From Callorhinchus milii (taxonomy: Eukaryota), in contig NW_024704742.1 of NCBI RefSeq assembly GCF_018977255.1, forward strand, positions 92,940,001 to 93,004,000: a DNA stretch of 64,000 nt, in the 5' to 3' direction. The position numbers and the translations under genes were made by a program. Numbering within the stretch: the first letter of the stretch is position 1; every line of letters starts with the position of its first letter. The notes under the pieces are model-generated. The model made no database searches. It was given only the letters and a program-made list of their open reading frames with translations, and was not told the origin of the DNA. Positions 25,241 to 40,105 of the stretch are shown here, one piece after another.

Positions 25241-27283
25241 TTATTCTTTATAGTGGGACTTTCCATTATAAACAAGTAACAGAAATATTACCATTGCTAC
25301 GGATCGGTGAATATTGATCTATATTTCAAACTTGGAGTTGTATTTTTCAGATGTAGAGTAAGCAAACAATACCTCTTCATACAGTTCCATTGTTAGAGTG
25401 CTACTGTATGATTAATGCTGGGCTCCTGATGGTAACAAAGCCTAATTAATCATTCTTGCTGCGCATGCCTTCCTGCCTTAACGATAACACATTCATTTCA
25501 AATAAAAAATAGAAGCCCCCAATGACCTTTAACTTTCAACATACTGAGGTCAGCGAGTGGCATTAGACATGAAAATGTTGTCCATTGAATAAAACAAGGT
25601 CACATCCTTGCTGGGCTGCTGCTTTTAAGGGAATTTGCTGCATTTCCTGCCAGTGGAATTAAGCAGTTTACATACATACAAGACCCCAAATTCCAACTAG
25701 TCTTAGCCTGCAGGGCTATTTTGTCTTGAAGTTTAAGGTTGCGCAGAATTTTGGTAAACTCTTAAATTCACTCATAAGTCGGAAGCCAGTTCTTAAGAAT
25801 TGTGTCAAACTGCGTAATTTTCCACAATTTTTGCTATTTAATCTTTAACATGAAATGATCTCAGTGGTAGGATTCAGAATGATTTAAATGTTTGTCCTTT
25901 CTTGGTCAAGTATTCAGTATTATCTTTGGCATCAGGCTCTGCCACTGTTAAGCGCTCCGAGATGCTATAGAAATGCAAGTTGTTGTTGTCTTATTGTCCT
26001 CCAATGGCAGTATAAGGCAAAGCTCATAAATTATTTTAAAAAGGGAGCTGAAATGTGAAAGGGTATGGGGGAACGAGCAGAGATTGAGATTAGATTGACT
26101 CATATGAAGACTTACATCAGCGCAGAGTTGATGAGCCGAATTGCCCGTTTCAGTGTTATAATTGTATGATTTGTATAACCTGAGGTTACAAAAAACTTGT
26201 GCAAAATTGTGAGCCATATCTATGAGCAAAGAAGACTCAGAGGGGACATCAACTTAACTTTGAAGTTGATTTTCTGACTGTATGTGGGACATTACTGTGT
26301 ACAAATTGGCTGCTATGTTCACCTATAAATACAGTCACTACACTTCACTTTCTATGAAGTGCTTTGAGACATTATGACGACGTGATAAGGCGCTATACCA
26401 AATCCAAGTATTATTATAAATCTAGATAAAGGTGGAATTTTTCCCATGGCTGTTTCTGCCTCCACCTACTGTTATTAGCAGAATATGTATGCCAGCCTTA
26501 CAACTGTAGCAAAGGAAAAAATGCCGCAGGATTCAAATGATTCAAGATTTTCTTTGGCAACTTCCTTATGTTGCTAAGCTTTGGTCTGAACTCAATGGGG
26601 TCCAGTTACATTGCAAACAAGTAATGGACACATTGCTGTTTTTACAGACTGGCGCATGTTGGTCCCCACTGAGTTTCCTGGGTTCCATCAAGAATGATAT
26701 TTGATATAAGACTAATCATAAACACTGCTGGAAGTTAGGGTCAAAACTGCAGTATTCCTTATTTAAGGTGAAGAGCACTGACTGGAATGTTGTCTTGGAT
26801 CCTGTTATGAGCCACAAGTCCCCAGCCTCAGCTAAATGGTTGGCTTATTAATTTCTCTGCTCCAATGTTGTTCCTGATCAGAGATCAGCATTTGAGGGCA
26901 ACTAAAGACAGGATACCTATTGAAAAATAGGATGTATGATTGAAAACAACCCAATGTTAGGGGAAAAGGGCAACCACGTTAGAAAAGGAGCAGTGTTGGT
27001 GTGGTTGGTGATGGTAAACAGCCACAATAAAGGTGATGGAATTGGAAATAACTGCAAATAGTCTTATTTGGAATATAATAATACTGACTTGTCCTGGAAA
27101 ACAGAATTTAAATGCTGCCCTCTGAATTGAAAATAAAGTTTGGAGTGGTGTGAAGTGGCTACAACAACAACAATAACCGCATCAGCATCTTATGTTTATG
27201 TAGTGACCTCCTCATAGGGTAACATCCCAGAGTGTTTCACAATGGATCTATTGTGAAGAGTCACATACATTGGAGCCCTGGAC

Positions 27284-27633
27284 CTGTATATGGTAAATGT
27301 GACCCATTATGATTCTTGTGTCACTGGTCAAATCAGTCAACAGTCTCTGCAACTCCTCCACACTATTTTGCAACCAAATTTATTGTTCTGTCCAAACTTC
27401 CTGAAGGTTTCCTTCATTTTTTATATCCTTGCTCAAACTCTCTTGGGTGCTATGAGTGAAGCATTGCTGGCACTGATCACCTCTTTACAATGTTACTAGA
27501 TCTGCCAGTTTTAGTCTTTCTGGTTATTTTTGTCCAGCAAATTAACTATCTAATGGGTGTGGTACAGAGTGGGGGGAATGTAAGTCTGGAACTCAATTGC
27601 GATTCCCAAACGCTGGAAAAGTCCAAAAGAAAT
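27284..27633 (-). pseudogene. Pseudo-exon
   Basis: Acceptor ttgttttccag|; reads FLLDFSSVWESQLSSRLTFPP... then ERLKLADLVTL*RGDQCQQCF...WLQNSVEELQRLLTDLTSDTRIIMGHIYHIQ. Protein-like, with stops and one frameshift. Confidence 0.45.
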
Positions 27634-30600
27634 CTGGAAAACAAAGCTCTGCTGACTATAACAAAGATCTATTTACCTGTTTCTCTGAGTCAATATGATC
27701 TGTGTTCAGTCAAAGAAGTTCACGTAAAAATGACAGACAGAGTAAAAATAATTAAAAGATAGCATAGAAAGCAGCAGGCGGCTTTCGTCATGTTGTAAGA
27801 TGTGGTGCTGCCAAAGTCAGACATCCAACCCGCTGGAGCTTCATTCTTATGGCTTCAAGCCTTTTCTGAGGTTCCTCTTTGCATGGCAGCTCTCCTGACT
27901 GATCTACTCAAGTAGGGTGCAAAACAAATAACACAGAGGGTAGGGCAAACATTGAATATGTTATTTAATGACATGGAGAACAATGTGGTTATAATAATCA
28001 GCAGGTAGAGACATGTATTGTATAAGACTGCGTCCCTGTTGCTAGAATCCCCAGTGCAGGCTTCAGCTTGTGCATTTAACACTTTCTTGTTGCTGGACTG
28101 CCATTGTTGTGTGATTGAAGCCACCTCACAATGTATCATACCTACTGGTTCTTTCACTTTGGGTCCAAGATTATGTCCCCACAGGCTCCTTGCCTTTCCC
28201 TTGGATTTGTTTTCCTTTAATCTTTAAAAAATGGCACTCAGTTCAGTTTTTTTTTAAAACAAAGCATGCCGTGACTCTTCTTACAATTTATTCAAAGTGA
28301 TTCACAGTATTGAGGACTTAATGGTGAAAGCTCACTCTCTGGTTTGTGCTACGTTAGCCAAAGGCATCAGAAAAGGCAATAAGGCATTACCCTGCATGAA
28401 TAATAATAATCCTTACAATCGGCATACCGCCTTTCATGGCAGGAGGACGTCCCAAAATGTTCATTGGATACAGTGTAAAGTGAAGTGACTGTGTGTTCCT
28501 AGGGAACGTGGCAGACAATTTGTGCACAGCAATGAAAGGCAATATAAGGGCAAGCTACTGTTGCAATGTCACAGAGCTTAAAATGCTCAAGCAGAGTAGA
28601 GGTGCCGGGTGGTGGATTGAGGAGTGAGGAGGTCGGACAGGTAGGGAGGTGCCAGGGAGTAAATGGATTTGAACACGAGAGTGAGGATCTTGAAGTTGAT
28701 CCGTTCGATGATAGGGAGATAGTCTGGTCAGAACTGGTGAGATGTGGTATCACATGCTGAGTGAGGGGTGCCTTTGTGTTTACAAGGACAGAGAAAATAA
28801 TTCAGCAATGACTCAACCCCAGGTTTTTTGTTATACTGGACACAAAGCATTGTCCAAGGCAAATAGTACTTCTGAAAAAAAATACCAAATTGTTTGGGTG
28901 ACTTCATAACCCGGGACAGGAATAATATAAGAGTTTATATGTTGGGTTTGGCAAACAATAGAATTTGATCTTTGATAGGAATATAAGGACTGACTCCAAT
29001 GGGATACACAACTCCCATTTGCAACACACAATTCAGCTAATTCGCAAATTGTTGCTGGCCTCATTATTTATTGTGATAGATTTATTTATTTTTCCAAAGT
29101 GTCTCTTCTAACACAAAGAAACACTTGGTTTGATGACCTCCTGATGCTTTTAAGTCCTGTTTGTAATAGCAAGGCAAGGAATCCACACTGCACAGCAAAC
29201 AGTGCTCTGAGTGTCTGGTTGAGGGCCAGACAACAGCAAGGTAGCTGCCAGGAATACGCAGCCCCTCTCTAATTCAAGGGCTGCACAAGTCATTTGAAAT
29301 TCAATCTGCTGGCTGTTTTTAGTGAGCGAGCTGGTATTGGCAAAATCATATCAAATGGGCCAAAGGGCCTTCACCTCCTAGTGTGAAAGGCGCTATATCA
29401 AGTACTGTATCATTATTACAACAACAACAACAAAATTACATTTATAGCGCATCCTTCACGTCGGGAGGACGTCCCAGAGCGCTGAACAGTCAGGGGTCAG
29501 GATTCATGATTCACTATTCATGACTGCACATTTGGGACGCAAACAGCCAATCTCCACATAACAATGTTCCACCTTCTCTTGTAAGAGAAAGAAGGGAGTT
29601 CTCCGGGGGTCTGGCCAAGAATCTCCCAAATAAAATTGGTCATTCGTTTTATGGCTGTTAGAGGAACATTACTGTGCACAATTGTGTTGCCAAGTTTGCC
29701 TAAAAAATATACAGTCACTGCATTTCACAGTAAATCCTGTGAAGAGCTTTGAGACATCCTTCTGACATAATAAGACGCTATACCAAATGCAAGGATTATT
29801 ATTATTGTCCGGCAAAGTACTTATCTTTGGTACGAGGAGCGATAACCTAGAAATGGCTGAGATTCTTTCATTTCCCCTGGGGTCAGATCTCAGTCCCTTG
29901 TGGCTCCCTTATCTATTGTCACATACTAATCCCATTAGCACAGAAGTCAGTCTAATGACCCTGAGAGATTCCGAGACCTCAGGAGGGTAGATAACAGCAG
30001 CAATTCCAAATATGCAGGGCATTCTGACAGCCTCATGAGGTGAAAACATACAGACCTAATGATGGAATGCAATAAGAGCTGAGTTGAGACTTGGATTCAA
30101 CTCATGACAGCTCTGAACTTCCAATAATAGCAATAATTATTGCATTCAATATCTTGCCTTTCACATTGGGAGGACGTCCCGAAGCTCTTCACAGAATTTA
30201 TTGTTATGTATAGCAACAGTTGAGGGTACAAGCTGGCTGCTGTGTTTGGCGACAAATACACAGTCACTACACTTTAATATAAATCCTGAGAAGTACCCCG
30301 AGAAAGTCCTCCCAGTGTGAAAGACACTGTATCAAGTATTATGATTATTATTAATGACCGTGCATATTCTAGGTGAACATTGCAGACAATTTGCACACGG
30401 CAATGTTCTACAAGCAGCCATGAAGTGAGTGACCAATTTTATCTGGGGTGATTGTTGGCCATGACACCGGGAGAAACTTCCTGCTCTTATTGAATGGGTC
30501 TTGAACCGTGACATTCTGACGAGAGTGCTACCAACTGAGCCAAGCTGACACCTATACAACATCATAGCTGTACAGCTATGAGAAGAACTAAGCAGAGGGC

Positions 30601-31499
30601 AGATGGCACTCAGTGGGACTCAGGGAAATTCCAAAGTAACAACTCCTACTGGGGATTAGGGGATCTTTATGGCCCATGGAGATGCAGAACAAGTCGTTCG
30701 TAATTCTTTGACCTCTTTGATTATACTTTCGGTCACCTTTCTCCTCCTCCTCCAGCTTCTACTCCCAGTGCAGTTGTCAAACTGTTATTGTTAAGCGCCT
30801 TGGATGTCTTCCCAACATGAAAGGTGTGATATAAATGTAAATTTGTATTGTTTTGTAATTCAGAACCATAAGTGTATCTTCCTGATGGAGAGAAAGTATT
30901 GAGAGCAGTACTGAGAGAAAATATCAAGCAGTGTCTCAAAGCAGCCTGTCTCTGTTTTAGCTTATCACTTACCAAGATCAATGCTGCACTTTCAAAATTG
31001 CACATCGTATAGTTTTGCCAAATATTGTCAGAGTTTATCTATTCTCTTCTAGTTGTTAGTCTTGTACTGAATTGCATTGCCTCAGTGCAGCTCTCTTATG
31101 ATAATAAAATTATAATGGTAATAAAATTCAACAATAATCATTATCCAGATTCTAATGCTGATAGACATAGCCTTAAGGCAGTCTCTGAAAGAACCAGTCT
31201 CTTAATGGTACTTATCAATGCATCTGTAATAACCTACTATCTCTGTCAGGGATGGAGGGGAAGCAAATGGACAAAATTTGTTTATCTAAACCAGTTGTAA
31301 GTGCCTCGAGCAGACAATGTCAATAGTGTTAACCCCTTCCGCTCAAATGGTTCCGGCTTCTTTGACACAGACTGCAACAACTAAACTAGAGATGTTGACA
31401 TCTGCACTGATGTGCAGAGACTATGGGGAATAAAAAACTGCAGAATGTGGAAACCTGAAATAAAGGGGCAAAAATTTAACTTGTGTTGTGATAATTGTC

Positions 31500-31877
31500 A
31501 CTGGTGATAAACATTAGATTGTCTCAGTCGGTATCTTGATACAGTAAACATCACTCCAAGGGAAAGAGCTCAGCAATGAGTTATCCAGATTGGTTAGGCA
31601 TAGGTCCTCCTGGACCACAAAGGGGGGCTGTGACTGGTACATGTGGAGTGTGTACAGTGTGTACAGTGGAGTGTGGCCATGCATGGTCAAATGCACCATA
31701 AAGGAATTTAGTCTTGTGGAGGGCTGTGCTGTGGCCTCCCAACATATCCTGTTACAGAATAGAGTGAGAGATGGGCCAGGAGACCATGATGCAGCCCTCC
31801 ATCTGAGAACGTTTGCCAACCTCCGCTGAGCGCCTCCACAGGATAGACCGGGAGGTTGCTGTGATGCAAGACGTCAC
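31500..31877 (-). pseudogene. Pseudo-exon (region preceding the NDK-like repeats)
   Basis: Acceptor ccctataag|; frames give DGGLHHGLLAHLSLYSV ... IP/FMV ... DHAW, resembling recalled AHIYAALVTWLLSLV ... APFQVVGLQQAW. Frameshifts are needed. Confidence 0.4.
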
Positions 31878-31890
31878 CTTATAGGGTGAG

Positions 31891-32218
31891 TTATAATAAT
31901 AATCCTTCCATTTGATATAGAGACTTATCACGTCTTCGCGACGTCTCAAAACGCTTCACAGGATGTACTGTAAAGTGAGTTGACTGGATATTTTGTGGAC
32001 AAAATGTGGCAGCCAATTGTACACAGCAGTGTCCCACAAACAGTCGTGGATTGATATTTATTTTTGGAAAGGATTATTACCACCGAAAGAGTGATCCGCC
32101 AATCGACTAACAACCAGGTTCCTACTTAGTTAAACAGAGGCGTGTGGAGTAAGGAAACTTGCCCAATGTTTCGCCCTGCCGGGAATCAAACCCATGTCCT
32201 CTTGCTCATGAGGACTCC
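31891..32218 (-). mobile_element. tRNA-derived SINE, long subfamily
   Basis: Family match with small deletions. Confidence 0.85.
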
Positions 32219-32669
32219 ACTTTTAACAGAGCTGTGTTTTTACAAAGAATGACTGCACCCCAATCAATTATGACATTGATTTATTATCAAAATTAACAGG
32301 TAAAATATGTTTAAAATTATGAATTTCTCTATTTTTATTAAAAAGTACTGTACCAGACTAGCCCCGAACTTATCAAATTAAATTATTTCAGGTAAATGAC
32401 TCCCTGCATTACAAATACCAATGTCCATTCTTCACTCTAAATTATCCAAAGAGTGAAAAGTTCAGAATTAGGGTTGGGCTTGAGTTGTAGAAACAATTGA
32501 TGATTTCACAACTCCTGTAACAGAAAATGATTAAAAAAGAACACTTTCACCTCTGAATCAGAAGGTTCAAGCCCAATAATGGGACCTCAAACCCACATAG
32601 TCTAACGCAGTACTGGGGATGTGCTGCAATACTGGAAAGGAGTGTTGATTCTTTCAAACACAGAGTAGA

Positions 32670-32808
32670 TAGTTTTGTTTTAGAAAATAACATTATGGGA
32701 TATAGTACATAGGCAGTTCGGGACATGCATGCATGGGACTGCCAGAAAGGTGGAAGGCGAACTAGATTGGTCTTTTTTGTCTAGCATTTCTTATGTTCTT
32801 ATGTTCTT
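32670..32808 (+). mobile_element. CR1 3' tail (same subfamily as 4504-4965), nested in an old SINE
   Basis: gtacataggcagttcgggaca...gtggaaggcgaactaga...ctagcatttcttatgttcttatg. Confidence 0.75.
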
Positions 32809-33883
32809 TAGATGAGATGTTAAGCCAAGACCTTGTCTGCCTGTCAAGGTGGACATTGAAGATCCCATGACACAATTTGAAAAGAGAGTTTCTCCCAGTG
32901 TGCTAACCAACATTCCCTCAGGCAAAATTGCTTCAATAATAATAATGCTTGACTAAACACCTTTCACACGGGAAGAGCGTCTCGTAGGAGGAAGAAATTT
33001 ATAGTAAATCCTGAAAAAGACGCTCAATAACTTGATAAGGCACTATATCAATTGCAAGGATTTTTATTATTATAACTTTACCTGAAAGAGGGTTTTCTGC
33101 GAATCTGCCTCTAATTTCACAATAATTGACCCAAAAACGAAATGTGTTCAATTTCACAATGGGCACAAAATTCTTTGAAGGTCTCAGGTGCTTATAATAC
33201 ATAAAGTACAGGTTATTACTACTAATAATAATTACATTTGGTGTAACCCCTTTCACATTGGGAGGATGTCCATAAACGTCATCAAGGCTGCAAAACACAC
33301 TCATTTCTCCGCAAAGCTGCTATACAAAACAATTATCCTTTGCCTTGTTATTTCTTAATACCACTGCTGAAGTATTAAAATATATTGTGTTTATAACCCA
33401 ATGTATTTTAACATTGTTTTTTCTCTACCTAACCATGGTGCCTACCAGAGGCTTTTCATTTACTGTCATGGTTCTTAATCCCATCTCTGCCATCAAGTCC
33501 CAGCTTCTCATCTCTTAATCTCTTAAAGACATGTAACTCATTACTTATGTTTACAATCATGTTTCAAACATGTCCGCTGTCACTTATTGAATTAAAGGTC
33601 TTAATTTTAGCCAGTTGGTTTATCATTCTTAATTTGCAGTTAGTCAGTGAATATTAGCAGATTATTAGCCTACGCATTACTGTAAGTTTGAGATGTCCTC
33701 CTGACATGAAAGCTGCTATACCAAATTCAAACATTATTATTATTACTTTTATTTGATTGAAGATTGGGTGGTGCACATTTGGTTCCCAGTCCAGTCCTGT
33801 TTTCAGCTTACAAATGTACGTTTGCACTTTATAGTGGGGGTGGTGAGCAATGGGTTATTGCATTGTGAGTAAGAGAAGGACAC

Positions 33884-34149
33884 CTGCCTGATTCTTTCCT
33901 AACTAGAATCAGGGATGCCAGTGATAACACGTTTAATTGTTGCTGATCAGTGAACTCTGCAAAATCATGTGGATCAAACTTCTGCTTAGTTTCACTGTAG
34001 ACAGAGGCTTTTCCCATTGGTTCTTTATTGTGAAATTTTAATTGGAAATCAAACGTGAATGAGTCTGACATCGCTGTGGTCGAGAGCATCCAAACTAACC
34101 TTTTAATTTTAAATGTTGATAATGAGATGAGTCAGAAGCTTCAGAGAAT
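33884..34149 (-). pseudogene. Pseudo-exon candidate
   Basis: Acceptor tacatttccag|; open stretch SDSFTFDFQLKFHNKEPMGKASVYSETKQKFDPHDFAEFTDQQQ; possible donor near 33884-33888. Confidence 0.3.
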
Positions 34150-34222
34150 CTGGAAATGTACTTAACAAGAAAGAATATACATTTTATATAGATTCTTAAC
34201 ACAATCAAAACACTTCAGAAGT

Positions 34223-34618
34223 GATAATAATCTTTGCATTTGATATAGCGCCTTATCACGTCTTCGAGATGTCTCAAAGCGCTTATCATGTCTTCGAGAC
34301 GTCTTCACAGAATATACTGTACAGTGAATTGACTATATTTTGTGGGCAAAACACGGCAGCCAATTGTACACAGCAGTGCCCCACAAACAGTCGTGGATTG
34401 AGTGACCAAATAATTATTATAATTTTTGTTTTGGAAGGGATTATTACCCCTGGAAAAGCAATCCGCCAATTGACTAACAACCAGGTTCCTACTTACTGCT
34501 AGGTAAACAGAGGTGTGTGGAGTAAGGAAACTTGCCTAACTTTTCGCCCTGCCGGGAATCAAACCCAGGTTCACTTGCTTGCTAGGCGAGCGCTCTAACC
34601 ACTGAGCTACAGGACTCC
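34223..34618 (-). mobile_element. tRNA-derived SINE, long subfamily, with tandem duplication in the tail
   Basis: cttatcacgtcttcgagatgtct repeated; full head. Confidence 0.88.
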
Positions 34619-36894
34619 ACGGTAATTACTGTTAATGTAGTTATTCTTTAACGAAACAGACATTTGCTCCCAGTCATGACGTTAATATCCCATTGATTTG
34701 GAGCATTGTTGACCAGGCACTGGATAAAACACTCTTCGGAAAACCATAGACATTTATAGCACATAAGACCATGCGGTCCATCATATCTGTGCTGCCTCCA
34801 TCAAGAGCAATCCCATTAACCTGTCCCTCTTTTGGAAAAGTAAGAGTGTCATGGAATCTTCGACGAATAAATCTTTTCAGGCATATTTTGCCTATTGATT
34901 TTAATGAAACAGTGCCATCATTTTTTAAATGGCAGCAGAGGAGGTGCAGTGATAATTAACTATAACAAGTCAATAATGGATAATCAGCTTTTTTTAATGA
35001 TTATTCAATAAATTGGAGGGTTTATATTATAGTTATTTTCAGTTATTTAAATATATTGAATATATAAACGTGTATGCAGTTTCACATCATGGGGTAAAAT
35101 CAACATTCGGCGATAATTAAGGCAATGATATTCTTCCTGGGCCTGGATTCACTCTATTTATGCAGAATTGTAGAGCATACAAATGGTTGAATTGAGTATT
35201 AAATTGGATAACTTTTTTTTGTACTTCTTAAAAGAATGACATGATGGGCTGAATGGCCTTCGAACATGCTGTAAATGTCCTACTTTTATAAACTAGGCTT
35301 CAAAATTAAGGCGGTATTGAAGAATTTGCCGAATTCTGGATGCTTTCAAACTACATAAATCTAGACCCAGCTGGAATTTCTCCTCACTATCTTGCTATTT
35401 AATAATAATAATCCTTATATTTAATAAAGAGCCTTTCATATTGGGAGGGAGTCTCAAAGCGCTTCACAGGATTTTACTTTGAAGTGGAGTGATTGTGTAT
35501 TTGCAGGAGAATAAGGCAGCCTATTGGTGCACGGCAATGTCCCACAAATAGTTATGATGTAAATGACCAATTTTATTGGGGGATTTGTTGGCAAGACAAC
35601 GGGAGAAAATATCTTTCAAGAAGTGCCATGGGATTGTTAACGTCCACCTAAACAAGCAGATAGGACCTTGGTTTAACGTCTCATCAGAAGGATGGTGCCT
35701 CTGACAATGCAGTGTCAGCATAGCCTGGATAGTTACAGTCAGGAGATCCCGTAACTCCTTGGATACGGAAAAAGCTGGAAGAGGTAGTTCTCCCACCTGT
35801 CCAGCTGAGGTCACTGTAAAGCACCAAGTATAAATCTGCATCTTAAACATCGTATTCACCTAAGTGGAATGCACTGTGTTTGTTCAGAACACTACAATTA
35901 TAAGACATCATTGCAACACAAGTAGCTGATCATGTACTGCCTCCAATCGATCTGTTAAATAGGGAACACTGGAGATCAGAGCAGGTCTTTTCTCTCCCCC
36001 TCAGAGGCATTCTTGTTCACTTGATGTTAATCTGGGTGGCATCGGACCATATATTTCAAAGCCAACTATTGTGAAATTGAAACGTGCGTGAGCAAAAAAG
36101 AGTTATAGAGGGCGTGAATTTATTTAGTCAGTGCCGCAGAAAAAGACACCCACTGTCTGTTGTTCTGCTGGATAATAGTTTTAGAGTTAACTGCCTTAAA
36201 CATAAACCTGCAATCAAGNTTTTTTTTCCAGGCATCATTATTATGCATTTCATTTTCTCCATGGTCTCTTACCATGGCACGGTGGGTTAGACAGTAGGTA
36301 CATTTCCCATCTGTCGCCTTAATCCAACAAGGTTTAAGGCAGTGTGTAGGTGGTGCATAAATGTCACTGTAGGTGAGACCTGAACGATTTTCACTCCCAC
36401 TGGCTAGACACTTGTTGTCATGCAATTTGTGATCCAGTCAGACTGCTGAGTCACTGAGAGGAAAACCAGTTGCAAATGATAGTTAATGCTGAAGCTGTAA
36501 TTTTAACCTGACTTTCAGCAGTGTAAGGCAAGGGAATGGAGTGACAAAAATATTCTCAAACCAAATTCAAATCATAGTCTAGGATGACCTTCCAATGCAT
36601 TGCTGGCGGATGGTGCATTGCCAGAGGTGCCATCCTTTGGATTAGATATTAATCTGAGGTTCCATTGCTCTCATTGGCCTGTTCGGGTGGACGTCAAAGA
36701 TCCATGGCACTGCTTAAAACAAAAGGGAGTTCTTCCAGGTGTCAACTAAAGCCACTGTTTTTGCTGATCATAATTCTACAAAATGCACTAACTACATCAC
36801 TTGAGTGGCTCTTTGTCATGAAGATGGACAGTGAATATCGATGAGCTAGTCAAGCTTGGAGGGGAATCATAGTCAAACCTGTTTCTGTCCTTAC

Positions 36895-37264
36895 CTGACA
36901 CACAGTCTTTCAAGAAGGTGTCACTCAACAAGAAATTGAGTGCAGGAAGCATGGCTGAGTTTCCCCTCAACAACAACAAGTTGCATTAAATAGCCCTCTT
37001 CACGCTGGACAGCGTCTTGGAGCGCTTAAAAGTGGTGGAGCCTGAGCTCATGAGGATTGAAGTTAGCTGAAGTACTCTTAGTGCTATCCAATTATATTAG
37101 ATCATTCAGAGTATACAGGGATTCAATACTGTGATCTTCTGCAGATCCATAGAACTTAATGCAGACCAAATGGTGCCTTTATCCATGAAGGCTTTGTTGG
37201 ACACAGTGACTTGCTTTGTAATTCTGTTTGCTGCTCATCCTTATCCATGGCATACGATTCTCCC
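36895..37264 (-). pseudogene. Pseudo-exon candidate interrupted by an L2-tail remnant
   Basis: Acceptor ggtcctttag|, strong donor cag|gtaagg; reads GESYAMDKDEQQTELQSKSLCPTKPSW... An L2-type tail remnant lies at about 36970-37040. Confidence 0.25.
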
Positions 37265-37842
37265 CTAAAGGACCATGTAGCCTATTTTTATTTCATCATA
37301 TATCATGTGGTTAACTGAGGTATTAAAGGAATAAGTCATTCAGACATAATTGGAGACATCTAAAATGCACTTGCATCACATATTGGAGTAGAATTTGGCA
37401 AAGCAGGATTTCAGGAGGGAAAATAACAGGGAAAAAATAAATCTAATACAATTAAACAAAGGATAATAATTTGCAAGTTGGATCTACAATCGCGTGCAAA
37501 GTTTGCAGGTTGGGTAAACCATGTGCAAACACGTGTACAGTGGAAATTACAGGTGCCTTGATTTTGTATTTAATAATGAAAAGGATTAGTGATAAATCTG
37601 GAATCTGGAAACTATGCATTTGCATGTAGTTAAGGCGACTTACACATTTTCCACATGGGTTATTAAGCTAATCTACAAAATAGACTCTAAGATGAACTTC
37701 TGTGAAATCAAATTAATTTATTACAAAGAAAATGTTATGGTAGTTGTCATAAGCATGTCAATTTCACTCTGATAAGGATGCCAAAGGAAATGGACTTAGA
37801 GAGATAATAAAATCTTCAGTTGCTTGTGGCAGTCAAGCAAAC

Positions 37843-38025
37843 AACAACAACAAGATTACATTTGTATAGGGCCTTTCATGTCTGGAGCACCTCGCAAAGC
37901 GCTGGACAGAGCACAGCATTTCAGACCCAAGCTGGGGTTGGGGGGATAAGGGAGGGGAGAGGAAGGGGGGTGACTGATGGCATGGTCGAAGAGGAGGGTC
38001 TTGAGGCGGGACTTGAAGGAGGCTA
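37843..38025 (-). mobile_element. L2 3' tail fragment
   Basis: SFKSRLKTLLFDHA plus tail and (CAA)n. Confidence 0.8.
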
Positions 38026-38319
38026 AGGACAATAACAACAATGTATATAGCATCTTCACCCCAGGTGGCATCTCAGAGCTCATGTGACATGATTAGTCTT
38101 GATCATGCCTATTAAATTCACAGTGACTAATTTTCACTGCTCTGCCCAATGTGTTGAGACATGATGAAAGTACAATAAAGCCAAAATTACAATGAACACA
38201 ATGCAGTGCTGACTTTCAGAGTGTACATCTGTTTGTGAACCTTTGTATACTCTTTAAACTGGGAATCATTAGTCTGTTTTGTTGGTAATTGTGCACTCCA
38301 CCCTTGACTTAATCTCCCT

Positions 38320-40105
38320 TAACATCTCTGTACTCCTTTCCCTTACGATCTATCTATCATCTAACACCCTTGGAAAAAAATCTCCCCCCACTCCCTCTCC
38401 GCTGCCCTGGAGTCATCCTCCTCTCACAATTACCTATCCTCCTCAATCTCTCTTCTCCACAACTCCCTCTCCTCCATCCTTGACTCCCTTGCCACTCTTA
38501 CCTCCCAAACGGCTTCATATTCCCGTAAATTCCCCTGGTGCACCAACCATCTCGATTCCCTGAAGGTACAAGTGCACCCAAACCAAACATACCTGGACCA
38601 AATCAAACCTAATGGTCCATTGGCAAATCCGGCTTGACAACACTAAAATTTACTGCTCCATCCTTGCCTCTGCAAAATCATCCTTTTACTCCAATTCCAA
38701 CTGTGAGGAGATGTTGGATTTCCTCTAATCCAAAATCGAGGGGATTCATTTGGCTACCTCTCCCCCGTCCACCGCTCCACCCTCGCCACTTCCCCCTCAC
38801 ACCCCGGTTGCCATCCATACCTCCCTATACATCTATCAACCCTGCCTCCCCCTCTTCCCTCACCTCCATCATTTCAAAAATAAAGTCCACCACGTGCTCC
38901 CTCAACCCCATCCCCACCCCTCTCCTCACCTCCCAGCTCCACCTCCTGGCCCCTCTTTTAACCGACATTATCAACCTCTCTTTATTCCACTGGCACTGTT
39001 CCTACCCTCCTAAAACCAGCTGCCATCAGCCCACACCCTCAAAAAACCTTCCTTGGCCCCATCCTTACTCTCCAGCTATCACCCCATTTCCAAGCTTCCA
39101 TTCCTCTCCAAGGCCCTGAACAATTCGTCACGTCCCACATTCGCTCTTCCCTCTCCTGCCATTCCTTCTCTGAACCTCTTCAATCGTGTTTCTGTGCTGC
39201 CCACAGCATGGAAACAGCCCTGGTCAAAGTCAAGAACGACATTCTGAACATCTGCGACCAGGGCTCTCTCTGCCTCCTTGTCCTCCTCGACCTCTCTGCT
39301 GCCTTCGACACAATTGACCATTCTATCCTCCTACACCACTTCTCCTCTGAGCTCAATCTTCGCAGACCTACCCTTGCCTGCTTCAAATCCTACCTCTCTC
39401 ACTGTCTCCACTCTGTCGCCACTAACAGTTTCTCCTCTAGCCCCTGCACTGTCACGTGTGGCATCCCTCAGGGCTCTGTCCTTGGCCGTTTCCTTTTCAA
39501 TATCTATATGCTCCCTCTTGGTGATATCATCCGCAGACATGGGGCGAACTTACACATGCATGCGGATGACACCCAACTATACACCTCTCTGCCTCCACCC
39601 TTGAATCCAAGACCACTGCTGTCCTTACAGTCTGCCCTTCGGACATCAAGTCCTGGATGAGAGCTAACTTTCTGCAGTTGAATGTCAGCCAGACCGAGGC
39701 CCTCCTGCTTGGCTCCATACTCCATACTCGGGCGCTGACAGCATTTCCCTCCATGATCGCACTCTACATCTCATAGAGTCAATATAGAACCTCGACTTCC
39801 TATTTGACCCTCAACTGTCCTTGATACCCCACATCTGTGCCATGATCTGCTCCGCTTTTCCCCACCTCCCCAACATCGCTCAGCTCCGCCACTGTCTCAC
39901 ACAGCAGGCCGCCGAAACCCACGTACACACATTCATAACATAACATCCCCACCATTGGCAGAGTGGGGGCCGTCAGCCACTCTTCCCCTACCCTCTGGAG
40001 CTCCATTTTGCAGTCCTTCCACCTCAGACCCTGCCTTGCCTCCATCAAGGCCTGTCTCAAGATACTTCTCTTCGACCTTGCCTTCAGTCATCCTCCTTCC
40101 CCCCC
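38320..40105 (+). mobile_element. Degenerate L2 LINE fragment (RT)
   Basis: [44 protein letters not shown], with frameshifts and deletions. Confidence 0.9.

Noticed and set aside
17198..36219. Sequencing error as the cause of the pseudogene's stops (N bases at 17198 and 36219)
   Set aside because: Only two ambiguous bases, both beside homopolymers. Young SINE copies are near-identical to each other, while the exons carry many in-frame stops.
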